From Nanobdellati archaeon (GTDB taxonomy: Archaea > EX4484-52 > GLR71), in the NCBI GenBank assembly GCA_019429005.1, contig JAHYJR010000005.1:1-64000 (forward strand): 64,000 nucleotides of DNA. Reading direction: 5' to 3'. Shown here in pieces: positions 47,052-56,907 of the stretch; the first letter of the stretch is position 1; each line of letters begins with the position of its first letter. The notes beneath the pieces are model-generated. The model was not told the origin of the DNA, searched no databases, and worked only from the letters and a program-made list of their open reading frames with translations. A program made the position numbers and the translations under genes.

Positions 47052-48824
47052 ATGTGTGGTATTGTAGCGTACAAAGGCGATAAAGATGCATCTAAGGTTA
47101 TAAGGGATGGACTCAAGACTCTGGAATATAGAGGGTATGATTCGTGGGGTATTGCCACAACTGATGATTCTGTTATAGATGTTATAAAAAATATAGGAAA
47201 AGTCAGTGAGACTTATGATTCTAATTTAAAAATCTCAAATAATGGCTCAAATAAGGGTATAGGTCATACTCGGTGGGCAACTCATGGTGGTGTTACTAAA
47301 GAAAATGCTCATCCACATTTATCTCAAAATGGTAAGATTGCTGTTGTACATAACGGTATAATCGAAAATTTTCAAGAACAGAGAACCTTTTTAAAAAAAC
47401 AAAATTTTTCATTTTTATCTGATACAGATACAGAAACAATACCAAATACCATCGAATATCATATGGGTCGTGGTTATGATTTTGTTGAAGCTGCAAAACG
47501 TTCATTTGAGCATATGGATGGACAATATGCTGTAGTTGCTTTAAATCATGACGGTAAAATTGTTGCAATAAGACGTGAAGCACCACTTGTGCTTGGCATC
47601 GGGTTGAATAATGAGATTTTTATCGCGTCGGATGTGACTGCATTTCTTGAACATACTAAAAATGTGATATTTCTTGAAGAGAATGATATGGTAATTGTTG
47701 ATGGTTCTTTTGAGATTTTTAATCTCTATGAAAATTGTGTTGTAGAACGTCCAATCTCAAGAATTGATTGGGATAATGAAGCAGCAAAAAAAGGCGATTT
47801 TGATCATTTTTTTATGAAAGAAATTCTAGAACAAGCAGATGTTATAAATCGTATTGCAAATATTGAACAAAGTATAATAACAGACACTGTTTTTGATATT
47901 AAAGCTGCAAAAGGTGTATATATTGTCGCTTGTGGTACTGCAGCATATGCATGTATGTCGGGTTTATATTTGTTTTCAAAATTAGCAAAGATGCACATTA
48001 ATTTCTGTGTTGCATCTGAGTTTGAGCATTTCAAACATTTTCTAACTGAAGATAGTCTTATTATTGCAATATCGCAAAGTGGGGAGACTGCAGATACACT
48101 TTCAGCAATTCGTGCTGCAAAATCAAAAGGGTCAAAAGTCATATCTATAACAAATATGGTTGGTTCGTCTATTATGAGAGAATCTGATAAATCTATATTG
48201 CAGAAGGCGGGACCTGAGATCTGTGTGCTTTCAACAAAATCGTATACATCGCAGCTTGCAATAATTGCTCTTATAGTGTATGAGATGGATGGTCATTTTG
48301 ATGAAGGTATTGCTAGTTTAAGAGAACTCTCTAGATATATTTATTATCTTACATCAAAAAATTCAAGAGATTTTATTAAATCCTTATCAGAAAAGCTTAA
48401 AGATGTAGAGCATATTTACCTTCTTGGTCGAAATCTTCAGTATCCTACAGCTCTTGAAGCTGCTTTAAAGATTAAAGAAGTGTCATACATACATGCTGAA
48501 GCTTATGCTGGTGGCGAATTAAAGCATGGTAATATTGCACTTATTAGTGAAGGAACGCCTTGTATCATATTTACATCGGATCAGACCGAAAAAGCGATTT
48601 TAAGCAATGCTATGGAAGTCAAAGCTAGAGGCGCTTTTGTGATTGGTTTAGGTCCAAAAGATAATGAAATTTTTGATTTTTTCATAAAAGTACGTGATGC
48701 CGGCGATCTTAATCCCATTGTGCAGATAATTCCTATGCAAATACTTGCGTATCAGCTTGCACTTCTTAGGAATTGTGATCCTGATAAGCCACGAAATCTT
48801 GCAAAGAGCGTTACAGTTAAATAA
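47052..48824 (+). CDS. glmS: glutamine--fructose-6-phosphate aminotransferase
   Basis: MCGIV, LEYRGYDS, GHTRWATHG, SQSGETADT, ELKHG, PRNLAKSVTV. Confidence 0.98.
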   Translation: MCGIVAYKGDKDASKVIRDGLKTLEYRGYDSWGIATTDDSVIDVIKNIGKVSETYDSNLKISNNGSNKGIGHTRWATHGGVTKENAHPHLSQNGKIAVVHNGIIENFQEQRTFLKKQNFSFLSDTDTETIPNTIEYHMGRGYDFVEAAKRSFEHMDGQYAVVALNHDGKIVAIRREAPLVLGIGLNNEIFIASDVTAFLEHTKNVIFLEENDMVIVDGSFEIFNLYENCVVERPISRIDWDNEAAKKGDFDHFFMKEILEQADVINRIANIEQSIITDTVFDIKAAKGVYIVACGTAAYACMSGLYLFSKLAKMHINFCVASEFEHFKHFLTEDSLIIAISQSGETADTLSAIRAAKSKGSKVISITNMVGSSIMRESDKSILQKAGPEICVLSTKSYTSQLAIIALIVYEMDGHFDEGIASLRELSRYIYYLTSKNSRDFIKSLSEKLKDVEHIYLLGRNLQYPTALEAALKIKEVSYIHAEAYAGGELKHGNIALISEGTPCIIFTSDQTEKAILSNAMEVKARGAFVIGLGPKDNEIFDFFIKVRDAGDLNPIVQIIPMQILAYQLALLRNCDPDKPRNLAKSVTVK

Positions 48825-48900
48825 AATTTAAGATACTATTATAATTATTAGATTAATTTGATGAACTTTAAAATCTAAATATGTAAAATTTAAATCATAT

Positions 48901-49026
48901 GTTAAATCGTATGTTAAATCGTATGTTAAATCGTATGTTAAATCGTATGTTAAATCGTATGTTAAATCGTATGTTAAATCGTATGTTAAATCGTATGTTA
49001 AATCGTATGTTAAATCGTATGTTAAA
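48901..49026. repeat. 12-bp perfect tandem repeat (GTTAAATCGTAT) x10 plus partial
   Basis: 48901..49020 is ten exact copies; degenerate copy at 48889..48900. Confidence 0.97.
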
Positions 49027-49037
49027 ATGGTGTTAAA

Positions 49038-50396
49038 ATGTCAATATTTAAAGCTTATGATATTAGGGGTATTTATAGTAAAGATCTAGACGATCCTATT
49101 ATGGAACGTATCGGTAAATCTTTAGGCGCTTTTATGGCACACAAAACGCTTGGAAATACTATTTGTCTTGGTTATGATATTCGTGAATCTAGTAAGACTC
49201 TTACAGATGCGTTTCTTAAAGGTGTAACGTCTGTAGGTATTGATGTACTTTTTGTAGGTAGAACTGCTTTAGGTTCTTCACTTTATACTGGTTATACAAA
49301 AAAGACCGCTGTTTCTGCATTTATTACAGCATCTCATTTACCTGCAGAATGGAATGGTATTAAATTTTTTTATAGCGATGGTGTTGGTTTTAAAATTGAT
49401 GAAAATGCCTTGATTGAAAAAATCTTTAATGAAAATATTTTTGAAAAATCTAATAAGATTGGAACTATAACAAAATTAGATCCCTATCCAGATTATTTTG
49501 ATTATATGTCAACGACTTTTGATATAAAGCGAAAGCTTAAAGTTGTTGTTGATTGCGGTGGCGGTAGTATGTGTTTTACAGCACCCAACATATTGAAATC
49601 AAATAATCTTGATGTTATAAAACTTTTTTGTGATGTTGATCCGCATTTTTCAAAAAGACCCAGTGAACCAAAGGAAGAAAATCTTAGTATGTTAACTAAT
49701 AAAGTGTTGAGTGAAAAAGCAGATTTTGGTGTGGCTTTTGATTGTGATGGTGATCGTGCTGTAATTGTTGATAATAAAGGTCATGTTATTGGAGCTGATA
49801 TTATTGCATCAATACTTGCAAAAGCTATGTTAGACCAAGGTCATAAAGGTACTGTAATTCTTAATGTTGAATGTTCTATGCTTATGGAAACTATTCTTAA
49901 GCCTCTTGGTGTCAAAATTTTAAGAATTCCTGTTGGTCATACTTATATGTCTATTGAAGCGAAAAAGATTCCAGATGCCTTAATTTGTGTTGAGTCTTCA
50001 GGTCATTTTGTGTATCCTCGGTACTTTTTATTGGAAGATGGTTTAATGACACCTCTTAAAGTTGCTGAATTATTATCAAACGGAAATCAGAGCCTTTCAG
50101 AACGTATTTCTGAACTGCCAGTGTATCCCAAAAAACGAATTAATTTTGTTTGTGCTGATAATATAAAATTCAAGGTTATAGAAAATCTTAAAACTAAACT
50201 AAAGGCTAAATATGAAAATATTAATACCTTAGATGGCGTTCGTATCGATTTTGATAATGGTTGGATTCTGTTACGTGCATCAAATACAGAACCTCAAATA
50301 AGGATTACATCTGAAGCAAAAGAACTGAAAATACTTAAAAACAATATTGATGTGTTCTCAAAAATTCTTGAAGAAACAATTAAAAGTTGTGATTGA
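49038..50396 (+). CDS. glmM: phosphohexomutase (phosphoglucosamine mutase / PMM-PGM)
   Basis: FKAYDIRG, ITASH, FDCDGDR, ESSGH, RASNTEP; located between glmS and glmU. Confidence 0.85.
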   Translation: MSIFKAYDIRGIYSKDLDDPIMERIGKSLGAFMAHKTLGNTICLGYDIRESSKTLTDAFLKGVTSVGIDVLFVGRTALGSSLYTGYTKKTAVSAFITASHLPAEWNGIKFFYSDGVGFKIDENALIEKIFNENIFEKSNKIGTITKLDPYPDYFDYMSTTFDIKRKLKVVVDCGGGSMCFTAPNILKSNNLDVIKLFCDVDPHFSKRPSEPKEENLSMLTNKVLSEKADFGVAFDCDGDRAVIVDNKGHVIGADIIASILAKAMLDQGHKGTVILNVECSMLMETILKPLGVKILRIPVGHTYMSIEAKKIPDALICVESSGHFVYPRYFLLEDGLMTPLKVAELLSNGNQSLSERISELPVYPKKRINFVCADNIKFKVIENLKTKLKAKYENINTLDGVRIDFDNGWILLRASNTEPQIRITSEAKELKILKNNIDVFSKILEETIKSCD

Positions 50397-50397
50397 T

Positions 50398-51729
50398 ATG
50401 CAGGCGGTAATACTTGCAGCTGGTGTGGGCAAACGGATGAGGCCTTTTAGTTATATTAGGCCTAAGCCTATGATGCCTATATTAAATAAACCCATTTTGG
50501 AACATACTTTAGAAGAGTTACAAGGGCTTGTTGATGAAGTTATAATTGTTACAAGTTATTTAGAACATAAAATCCAGGATTATTTCGGAGCGTATTTCAA
50601 AGATATTAGGATTATGTATGTGACACAAAAAAAGTCTTTAGGTACAGCACATGCTTTGCTTTCAGCACATTCTTTAATTAAGAATCGTTTTATTGTATTA
50701 AATGGTGATGATTTATACAGCAATGCGGATTTTAAAAATATGTTGAAATATAAATATTGTGTTCTTGCAAAATCTGTTGATAATCCAGAATCTTTTGGTA
50801 TTCTTACACTTTCAGGAAATAAGATCATCCAAATTATTGAGAAACCTAAAAACCCGCAAACAAATATAGCAAATACTGGTGCGTATGTTCTTGATAAATC
50901 TATATTTAAGATTATTAGTTATCTTGATAAATCTGAGCGCGGCGAATATGAACTTACTGACGCCGTATCAAAATTATTAGATTTAGATGATGTTTATTGT
51001 ATTATGGTAGAAGATTTATGGCTTTCTATAAGATACTTACATGATGTCTTATATGCTAACACCTTTAAGTTAAATAAACTTGCAGGGCTGTACAAACAAT
51101 CTATTATTAGTCCCCTAGCAATCGTTGAAAATCAATCATCTTTAAACGGTTTTGTTAAAATCGGAAAAAACACAATTATTAAAAATGGCACATATATAGA
51201 GGGGCCTGTTATAATTGGTGATAATTGTGTTATTGGTCCAACTGCATTTATACGCTCTGGAACAACTATAGGAAATAATTGTCATATTGGAAGTTTTTGT
51301 GAAGTAAAAAATAGTATTGTTATGAATAACACAAAAATTCCTCATCTTTCATATGTTGGAGATTCTGTAATTGGGGAAAACTGCAATCTTGGTGCTGGAA
51401 CAAAAACAGCTAATTTAAGGCATGATTGTCTGCCTGTTAAGATAACTTATAATGGAGAGACTGTTGTTGCTAGTGATCTTATTAAAGTTGGTACTTTTAT
51501 AGCGGATTACACAAAAACAGCAATTGACACAAAATTGAATCCTGGTGTTGTTATTGGTCCGTTTTCATGGACTTTACCAGGTTCTTATGTCTCTGGTGTA
51601 ATACCTCCATTTCATCTTCATATGCGTGATTCAATAAGCACTATAAAAGAAAAACATATTGATAGTATTGTAAAAGAAGATTGCGATAAATTATTGCTTA
51701 AAAAGCTATATTCTGAAATGATTATTTAA
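50398..51729 (+). CDS. glmU: bifunctional sugar-1-phosphate nucleotidyltransferase/acetyltransferase (archaeal GlmU-like)
   Basis: LAAGVGKRMRP, RPKPM, GTAHAL, SERGEYELTD, hexapeptide repeats, HLSYVGDS. Confidence 0.88.
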   Translation: MQAVILAAGVGKRMRPFSYIRPKPMMPILNKPILEHTLEELQGLVDEVIIVTSYLEHKIQDYFGAYFKDIRIMYVTQKKSLGTAHALLSAHSLIKNRFIVLNGDDLYSNADFKNMLKYKYCVLAKSVDNPESFGILTLSGNKIIQIIEKPKNPQTNIANTGAYVLDKSIFKIISYLDKSERGEYELTDAVSKLLDLDDVYCIMVEDLWLSIRYLHDVLYANTFKLNKLAGLYKQSIISPLAIVENQSSLNGFVKIGKNTIIKNGTYIEGPVIIGDNCVIGPTAFIRSGTTIGNNCHIGSFCEVKNSIVMNNTKIPHLSYVGDSVIGENCNLGAGTKTANLRHDCLPVKITYNGETVVASDLIKVGTFIADYTKTAIDTKLNPGVVIGPFSWTLPGSYVSGVIPPFHLHMRDSISTIKEKHIDSIVKEDCDKLLLKKLYSEMII

Positions 51730-51884
51730 ATTGTATACTCACATGAACATATAAACAAGACATATAAAACTTCGTGTTGAAAATAATTTATTAAATTATA
51801 CAAATATCTTGTAATAGTTTATAAGATTTTTTTTGTATATTATTCTATTTAAAATATAAAATACGGTTAAGAGTGTGAATTGAT

Positions 51885-53534
51885 ATGAACAACGGATATT
51901 TTGGTCAACAGCCAATTATAGTAGTACCAGAAGGTACATTACGTGAGCAAGGTAAAAATGCTCAGAAATCAAACATAGCTGCAGCAATAATTGTTGCTGA
52001 TGCGGTACGAACAACACTTGGTCCAAAAGGTATGGATAAGATGCTTGTAGATGCTATGGGTGATATCGTCATAACAAATGATGGTGTAACAATCTTGGAA
52101 GAGATGGAAATACAGCACCCTGCAGCTAAAATGGTCGTTGAGGTTGCAAAGACACAAGATTCAGAAGTTGGAGATGGTACAACAACAGCTGCAATACTTA
52201 CTGGTGAATTACTAAAAAAAGCAGAAATTCTTCTTGAGCAAAAGATACATCCTACAATAATCACACAGGGTTATAGGATGGCAAAAATAAAAGCTCTCGA
52301 ATTACTTAATTCTATTGCTATGGATGTTACAATAAAAGATAAAGATACTTTGATTAGTATTGCAAAAACATCAATGACTGGTAAATACAGCGAGATTGGT
52401 AAAGAGCATTTAGCAGATATCGCAGTTGATGCTATATTACAGGTCGCATCTAAAGAGAATGGGGAAGTTATAATCGATATGGACCAGATAAAAATAGAGA
52501 AAAAAGTTGGTGGCTCTATTGATGATACAAAATTTATAAGTGGTCTAATTTTAGATAAGGATCGTGTACATAACGCAATGCCTACACAAGTTAAAGATGC
52601 AAAAATTTTACTTCTTAATGCTGCAATCGAAGTTAAAGATACTGAAACTGATGCTCAGATAAGAATTACAGACCCATCTCAGCTTCAAGCATATGTAGAT
52701 CAAGAAGAAACTATGCTTAAGAATATGGTACAGAAAGTGATTGATTCTGGTGCAAATGTATTATTCTGTCAGAAAGGTATTGATGACCTTGCACAATATT
52801 ATCTTTCAAAAGCAGGAATTTTTGCTGCAAGAAGACTTAAGAAAAGTGATATGGATTCACTTTCAAAAGCAACAGACGGTAATGTTTTAACAAGTCTTGA
52901 TGACATAAAATCAAGTGATTTTGGTCATGCTGGTCTTGTTGAAGAGAAAAAAGTCGGTGGCGAAGCTATGATTTTTGTTGAGAAATGTAAAGATCCAAAA
53001 GCTGTATCTATTTTGATTCGTGGTGGAACTGCGCATGTCATTGATGAAATTGAAAGAGCTATGAAAGATGCACTAGGTGGTGTTTCTTCTAGTATTTCTG
53101 TTGGTAAAGTTGTAGCTGGTGGCGGTGCTTCTGAATGTGAAGTTGCAAAAGCTCTTAGAGCTTATGCAGATAAAATTGGTGGTCGTGAACAGCTTGCTAT
53201 AAACGCATTTGCTGATGCTATCGAAGTAATACCAAAAACACTTTCTGAAAATGCTGGTATTGATTCAATAGATGTGCTTGTTGAATTACGGCAAAGGCAC
53301 GATAAAGGTGACATATGGGCTGGTATTGATGTATTCAAAAACAAAGTTATTGATATGCATAAAGAAGGTGTTCTTGAACCTTTGAAAATTAAGACTCAAG
53401 CAATATCTAGTGCAAGTGAAGCAACTGAAATGATTTTAAGAATTGATGATGTAATCTCTGCAAGCCGACTTGGTGGTGGTCATGCTCCTGATATGGGTGG
53501 TATGCCTCCAGGTATGGGTGGTATGGGAATGTAA
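51885..53534 (+). CDS. ths: thermosome subunit (group II chaperonin)
   Basis: [34 protein letters not shown] tail. Confidence 0.98.
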   Translation: MNNGYFGQQPIIVVPEGTLREQGKNAQKSNIAAAIIVADAVRTTLGPKGMDKMLVDAMGDIVITNDGVTILEEMEIQHPAAKMVVEVAKTQDSEVGDGTTTAAILTGELLKKAEILLEQKIHPTIITQGYRMAKIKALELLNSIAMDVTIKDKDTLISIAKTSMTGKYSEIGKEHLADIAVDAILQVASKENGEVIIDMDQIKIEKKVGGSIDDTKFISGLILDKDRVHNAMPTQVKDAKILLLNAAIEVKDTETDAQIRITDPSQLQAYVDQEETMLKNMVQKVIDSGANVLFCQKGIDDLAQYYLSKAGIFAARRLKKSDMDSLSKATDGNVLTSLDDIKSSDFGHAGLVEEKKVGGEAMIFVEKCKDPKAVSILIRGGTAHVIDEIERAMKDALGGVSSSISVGKVVAGGGASECEVAKALRAYADKIGGREQLAINAFADAIEVIPKTLSENAGIDSIDVLVELRQRHDKGDIWAGIDVFKNKVIDMHKEGVLEPLKIKTQAISSASEATEMILRIDDVISASRLGGGHAPDMGGMPPGMGGMGM

Positions 53535-53565
53535 AGGTTAAAACCTTTACTTTTTTAATTTTTTT
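53531..53565 (+). terminator. hairpin + T tract
   Basis: GTAAAGGT-TAAA-ACCTTTAC then TTTTTT. Confidence 0.65.
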
Positions 53566-53732
53566 AAATTTATATTGTCTTAATTACTCATTCTTTTTCT
53601 TAACTTTGTTATTTTTTTGATTCTTATTTGTCAGATGGAAAACTATATATACTACAAAAAACTAACTAATATTCATAACATGTGACGGTAATTAGTTTTA
53701 TTGCTGTTTTTTAATACTTAAGAGGGATTAAA

Positions 53733-54284
53733 ATGCCAAATGATGATGCAAATATATATGGTTCTGATAATGATGATTATGAAGTAGTTCCTTTGACACC
53801 AATAAGACGTCTTGAGAAAAGATTAACTACCGTTGAATCTACTAGATCTCTTGGAAATCTTGAGCGGCTTATGGATAAAATTATTGATATGGTTGAACTT
53901 AATCAAAGAATTGTAGATGAAATGATAAAAGCAAATACTGGTTTAAGAGATACAGTAGGTATTCTTGTAAATAAGATGGATAGTCTTAATGATAAAATTA
54001 CAAATTTTGTAAATATTGTTGCTGATGCTGGTAAAGAAGAAAGTGAAGAATCTGATTCGATTATAGCTGTGAAAGGAATTATTGAACCACTTATACAAAA
54101 TATTGTTAATACTAATGAAAAGCTTATAAAAAGTAATGAGCTTGTAACAACAAGTTTATCTACAATTGATAAACGTCTTAAGAGGTTACAACCGGGTTCG
54201 GATGTTCAACAATCTATGCCAACAGCACAACCACAAGGTTCATATCCTCAAGGATCACAAGGTAATACAGGATATACTCAATAA
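53733..54284 (+). CDS. hypothetical coiled-coil protein heading the pilus locus
   Basis: GAGGG RBS; heptad pattern; Q/P/G-rich tail. Confidence 0.75.
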   Translation: MPNDDANIYGSDNDDYEVVPLTPIRRLEKRLTTVESTRSLGNLERLMDKIIDMVELNQRIVDEMIKANTGLRDTVGILVNKMDSLNDKITNFVNIVADAGKEESEESDSIIAVKGIIEPLIQNIVNTNEKLIKSNELVTTSLSTIDKRLKRLQPGSDVQQSMPTAQPQGSYPQGSQGNTGYTQ

Positions 54285-54295
54285 AATGTGATATT

Positions 54296-54511
54296 ATGAA
54301 ATTAGGTACAAAAACGCTAGAATATTTTCTTTTAGTATGTCTTGCAATAATTGTTGTTTTAAATTTCATGTTACTTACTGGTGCAATGTTATCTGGTATA
54401 GATAATACTGATTTGTTGAATATGTTTGTATTATTGATATTAGGTACACAGTTTGTGATTACTATCATATTGTTGAGAATTTATGAGCAATTATCAACAA
54501 AAAAACATTAG
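54296..54511 (+). CDS. small 2-TM membrane protein
   Basis: Two hydrophobic helices; GTGA RBS. Confidence 0.65.
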   Translation: MKLGTKTLEYFLLVCLAIIVVLNFMLLTGAMLSGIDNTDLLNMFVLLILGTQFVITIILLRIYEQLSTKKH

Positions 54512-54575
54512 TTAACAAAAAAAGTAATTAATAAAAAAACATAATATTTCAAAAAATTATATTTGAGGGATTTAA

Positions 54576-55109
54576 ATGGAAATGAAATTTTTCGCTAAAA
54601 AACGAAAGGGTGTAACACCCATAATTGCGATTGTACTTCTGCTTATGATGACAGTTGCAGCAGGCGGTATGGCTTGGCAGTTCATACAAAGTACAATGGA
54701 ACAGCAGCAACAATCTGCTGAGAAAGAATTGACTAAAATGAGTCAGTCACAGCTTAGTGTTCTTGAAGGTAACGGTACTGTTGGTACAGGTACAATGATT
54801 TCCTTTTTTATAAAGAATCCTGGTGCTGGTTCTAGTTTGACTCTTTCAGATTCTATTGTAAAAATCAATGGTTATCTTGATAAGAGTTTAACTTCAACAG
54901 AAGGTATATTTTCAGGTAGTTGTACTGCAGGTATAATCGCTTCAGGTTCTACATGTTATTTAAATATGGATTTAACTAATGCTGAAAATACAGTAAAGTT
55001 TCCAAATGTTGGTAATACTTTGAATGTTGAAATTATTTCAAATACTGGACAGACTATAATATATTCCTGTACGCCTTCAAGAGTTGTTGGTGGTATTGGT
55101 TACTGTTAA
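54576..55109 (+). CDS. archaeal type IV pilin (probable major pilin)
   Basis: Class III signal KRKG|VTPIIAIVLLLMMTVAAGG; GAGGG RBS; own terminator. Confidence 0.92.
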   Translation: MEMKFFAKKRKGVTPIIAIVLLLMMTVAAGGMAWQFIQSTMEQQQQSAEKELTKMSQSQLSVLEGNGTVGTGTMISFFIKNPGAGSSLTLSDSIVKINGYLDKSLTSTEGIFSGSCTAGIIASGSTCYLNMDLTNAENTVKFPNVGNTLNVEIISNTGQTIIYSCTPSRVVGGIGYC

Positions 55110-55118
55110 ATTTAATTT

Positions 55119-55165
55119 AAGTTAATGTTTAAACACATTAACTTTTTTATTTTTTATTTTTTTTC
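55119..55165 (+). terminator. hairpin + T tract after pilin
   Basis: AAGTTAATGT-TTAAAC-ACATTAACTT then T runs. Confidence 0.6.
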
Positions 55166-55205
55166 TAACAACTATCTATATATACAATAAAAATCAATTA
55201 TTTTT

Positions 55206-55457
55206 ATGTCAAAAGATAATAGCCCAATTGTTTCTATATCAATACTATTATTGTTATCAATGACGATATTCGCATTAAGTGCATCTTTATTATGGGTTGA
55301 AACTATTGGTACTAATCAATCCGATTCTCTCTCAGATCTTATTATTATACAAAAAGAAAAAATAAGTAGTTTAGATCAATCACAAGATTTATCTAATATT
55401 GGTATCACAGATAATAATTTACAAGATTCATTTATATCTGATTATAGTTATAAATAA
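55206..55457 (+). CDS. small pilin-like membrane protein lacking the basic cleavage motif
   Basis: SPIVSISILLLL...LLWV resembles a pilin H-domain. Confidence 0.5.
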   Translation: MSKDNSPIVSISILLLLSMTIFALSASLLWVETIGTNQSDSLSDLIIIQKEKISSLDQSQDLSNIGITDNNLQDSFISDYSYK

Positions 55458-55506
55458 TCCCCTTTTTTTATCAAAAATATATATGCTAATGTGTATAATA
55501 TAATGT

Positions 55507-56433
55507 ATGAGATCTTGTATTAGTCGTAATTCTAGATATCGAAAAGCACAGACTGAAGTTATCACTATAATGATACTTACAACTATTGCTATAGCGATGG
55601 TTAGTGTAAGTTATATCTGGGGAAAACCTCTTATACAGAAAAGCCAGACAAAGACAGATATTGAGCAAGCAAAAAATTTTATGTTTACTTTAGAGGATGC
55701 TATTCGTGATGTATCTATTTATGGAGGGCAAAAAGTTCTTAATATTGATTTAAAAGGTACTCTTAAAGTGGATGGTGCGACACAAATAGCTGATGGTTCT
55801 TATAATAATCTCAATAAGGATAATTGGATAACCTATACCATTAAAACAAAAACAGTGGGTACTAGTATTTCTGATTGGGTTCCTTTAGATGGATTGAGTC
55901 CAATACGTTCAGAACAGTTTTCTGGTACTGCTACGGATTCCGTGGTAATTAATGATACAACTTGTACTGGTGTATCAATTGATTGTATATCAAAAACCGC
56001 AAGTGTATCTGGTTGTGGTATTTATGGTAGTGCAAATGGTCTTGAGGGAACATCTTTTACTTCAAAACCCGAATATAAACTAAGTTATGTGCATTGTGCA
56101 TCAACACCTTATTTTATAACTATATCTGGACCCGAAATACCAGTTCCAGGTATTATCGGTACAAATAAAGCTGGCGTTGTTATGACTAAAGCAAAAGGTA
56201 TTGGTAGTGAATATGAAGTTAATTATAAACTCGCATATAGAGAACTTGACGATTTAACTAGTGGAAATGGTTATCTTATTCAACTTGTTAAAGGTGGGAA
56301 TACCTTTGTTGGTGAAGGGCAACATAAAATATTTATAAAATCTGATAGGGATAAGGTTTTTGATGATATTAATATAGTTTCACAAGTAGGTGGACCTGTT
56401 ACAATAATGCCCGTTGTTATATATATAGAATAA
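55507..56433 (+). CDS. minor pilin-like protein (class III signal)
   Basis: RKA|QTEVITIMILTTIAIAMV. Confidence 0.8.
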   Translation: MRSCISRNSRYRKAQTEVITIMILTTIAIAMVSVSYIWGKPLIQKSQTKTDIEQAKNFMFTLEDAIRDVSIYGGQKVLNIDLKGTLKVDGATQIADGSYNNLNKDNWITYTIKTKTVGTSISDWVPLDGLSPIRSEQFSGTATDSVVINDTTCTGVSIDCISKTASVSGCGIYGSANGLEGTSFTSKPEYKLSYVHCASTPYFITISGPEIPVPGIIGTNKAGVVMTKAKGIGSEYEVNYKLAYRELDDLTSGNGYLIQLVKGGNTFVGEGQHKIFIKSDRDKVFDDINIVSQVGGPVTIMPVVIYIE

Positions 56434-56469
56434 TTGTTAAAATAGTATTATAGGTGTAAAATAATTAAT

Positions 56470-56907
56470 TTGAGACCGCTATTATCTTATCGAAGAAAAG
56501 GTCAGAATATGACCTTGGAAGAGGTAATGCTTATTGCAGTTGGTGTTATGATCCTTATGGGTACCTATTCATCATTTGTGTTTATGAAAACACAAGTATC
56601 TTATAAAATACAAGAAAGTTATGGTGAAGAAGTATTGAACTATGTGATTTCAAACATATATAAGTTGATAGATCTTAACTTGACTGACGGCTATATCATG
56701 ATTGAACTTCCTGATGTCATAGGTGAAGATTATTATATTATTTCAAAAGGTGTCAAAAAAAATGATATTATGTTAAAATTTAATAATGGTCGTATATTGT
56801 CTAAGAATGCAGGTATTAGTGTCTTTGGACAATCAGCAAGTACGGATAAATGGATTATGCTTAATTATTATAATAATTCAATACAATTAAAAGGGGTTAA
56901 TGAGTAA
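56470..56907 (+). CDS. minor pilin-like protein (class III signal)
   Basis: RRKG|QNMTLEEVMLIAVGVMILM. Confidence 0.8.
   Translation: MRPLLSYRRKGQNMTLEEVMLIAVGVMILMGTYSSFVFMKTQVSYKIQESYGEEVLNYVISNIYKLIDLNLTDGYIMIELPDVIGEDYYIISKGVKKNDIMLKFNNGRILSKNAGISVFGQSASTDKWIMLNYYNNSIQLKGVNE

Noticed and set aside
48901-49020. CRISPR array
   Set aside because: Units are 12 bp and head-to-tail with no spacers.
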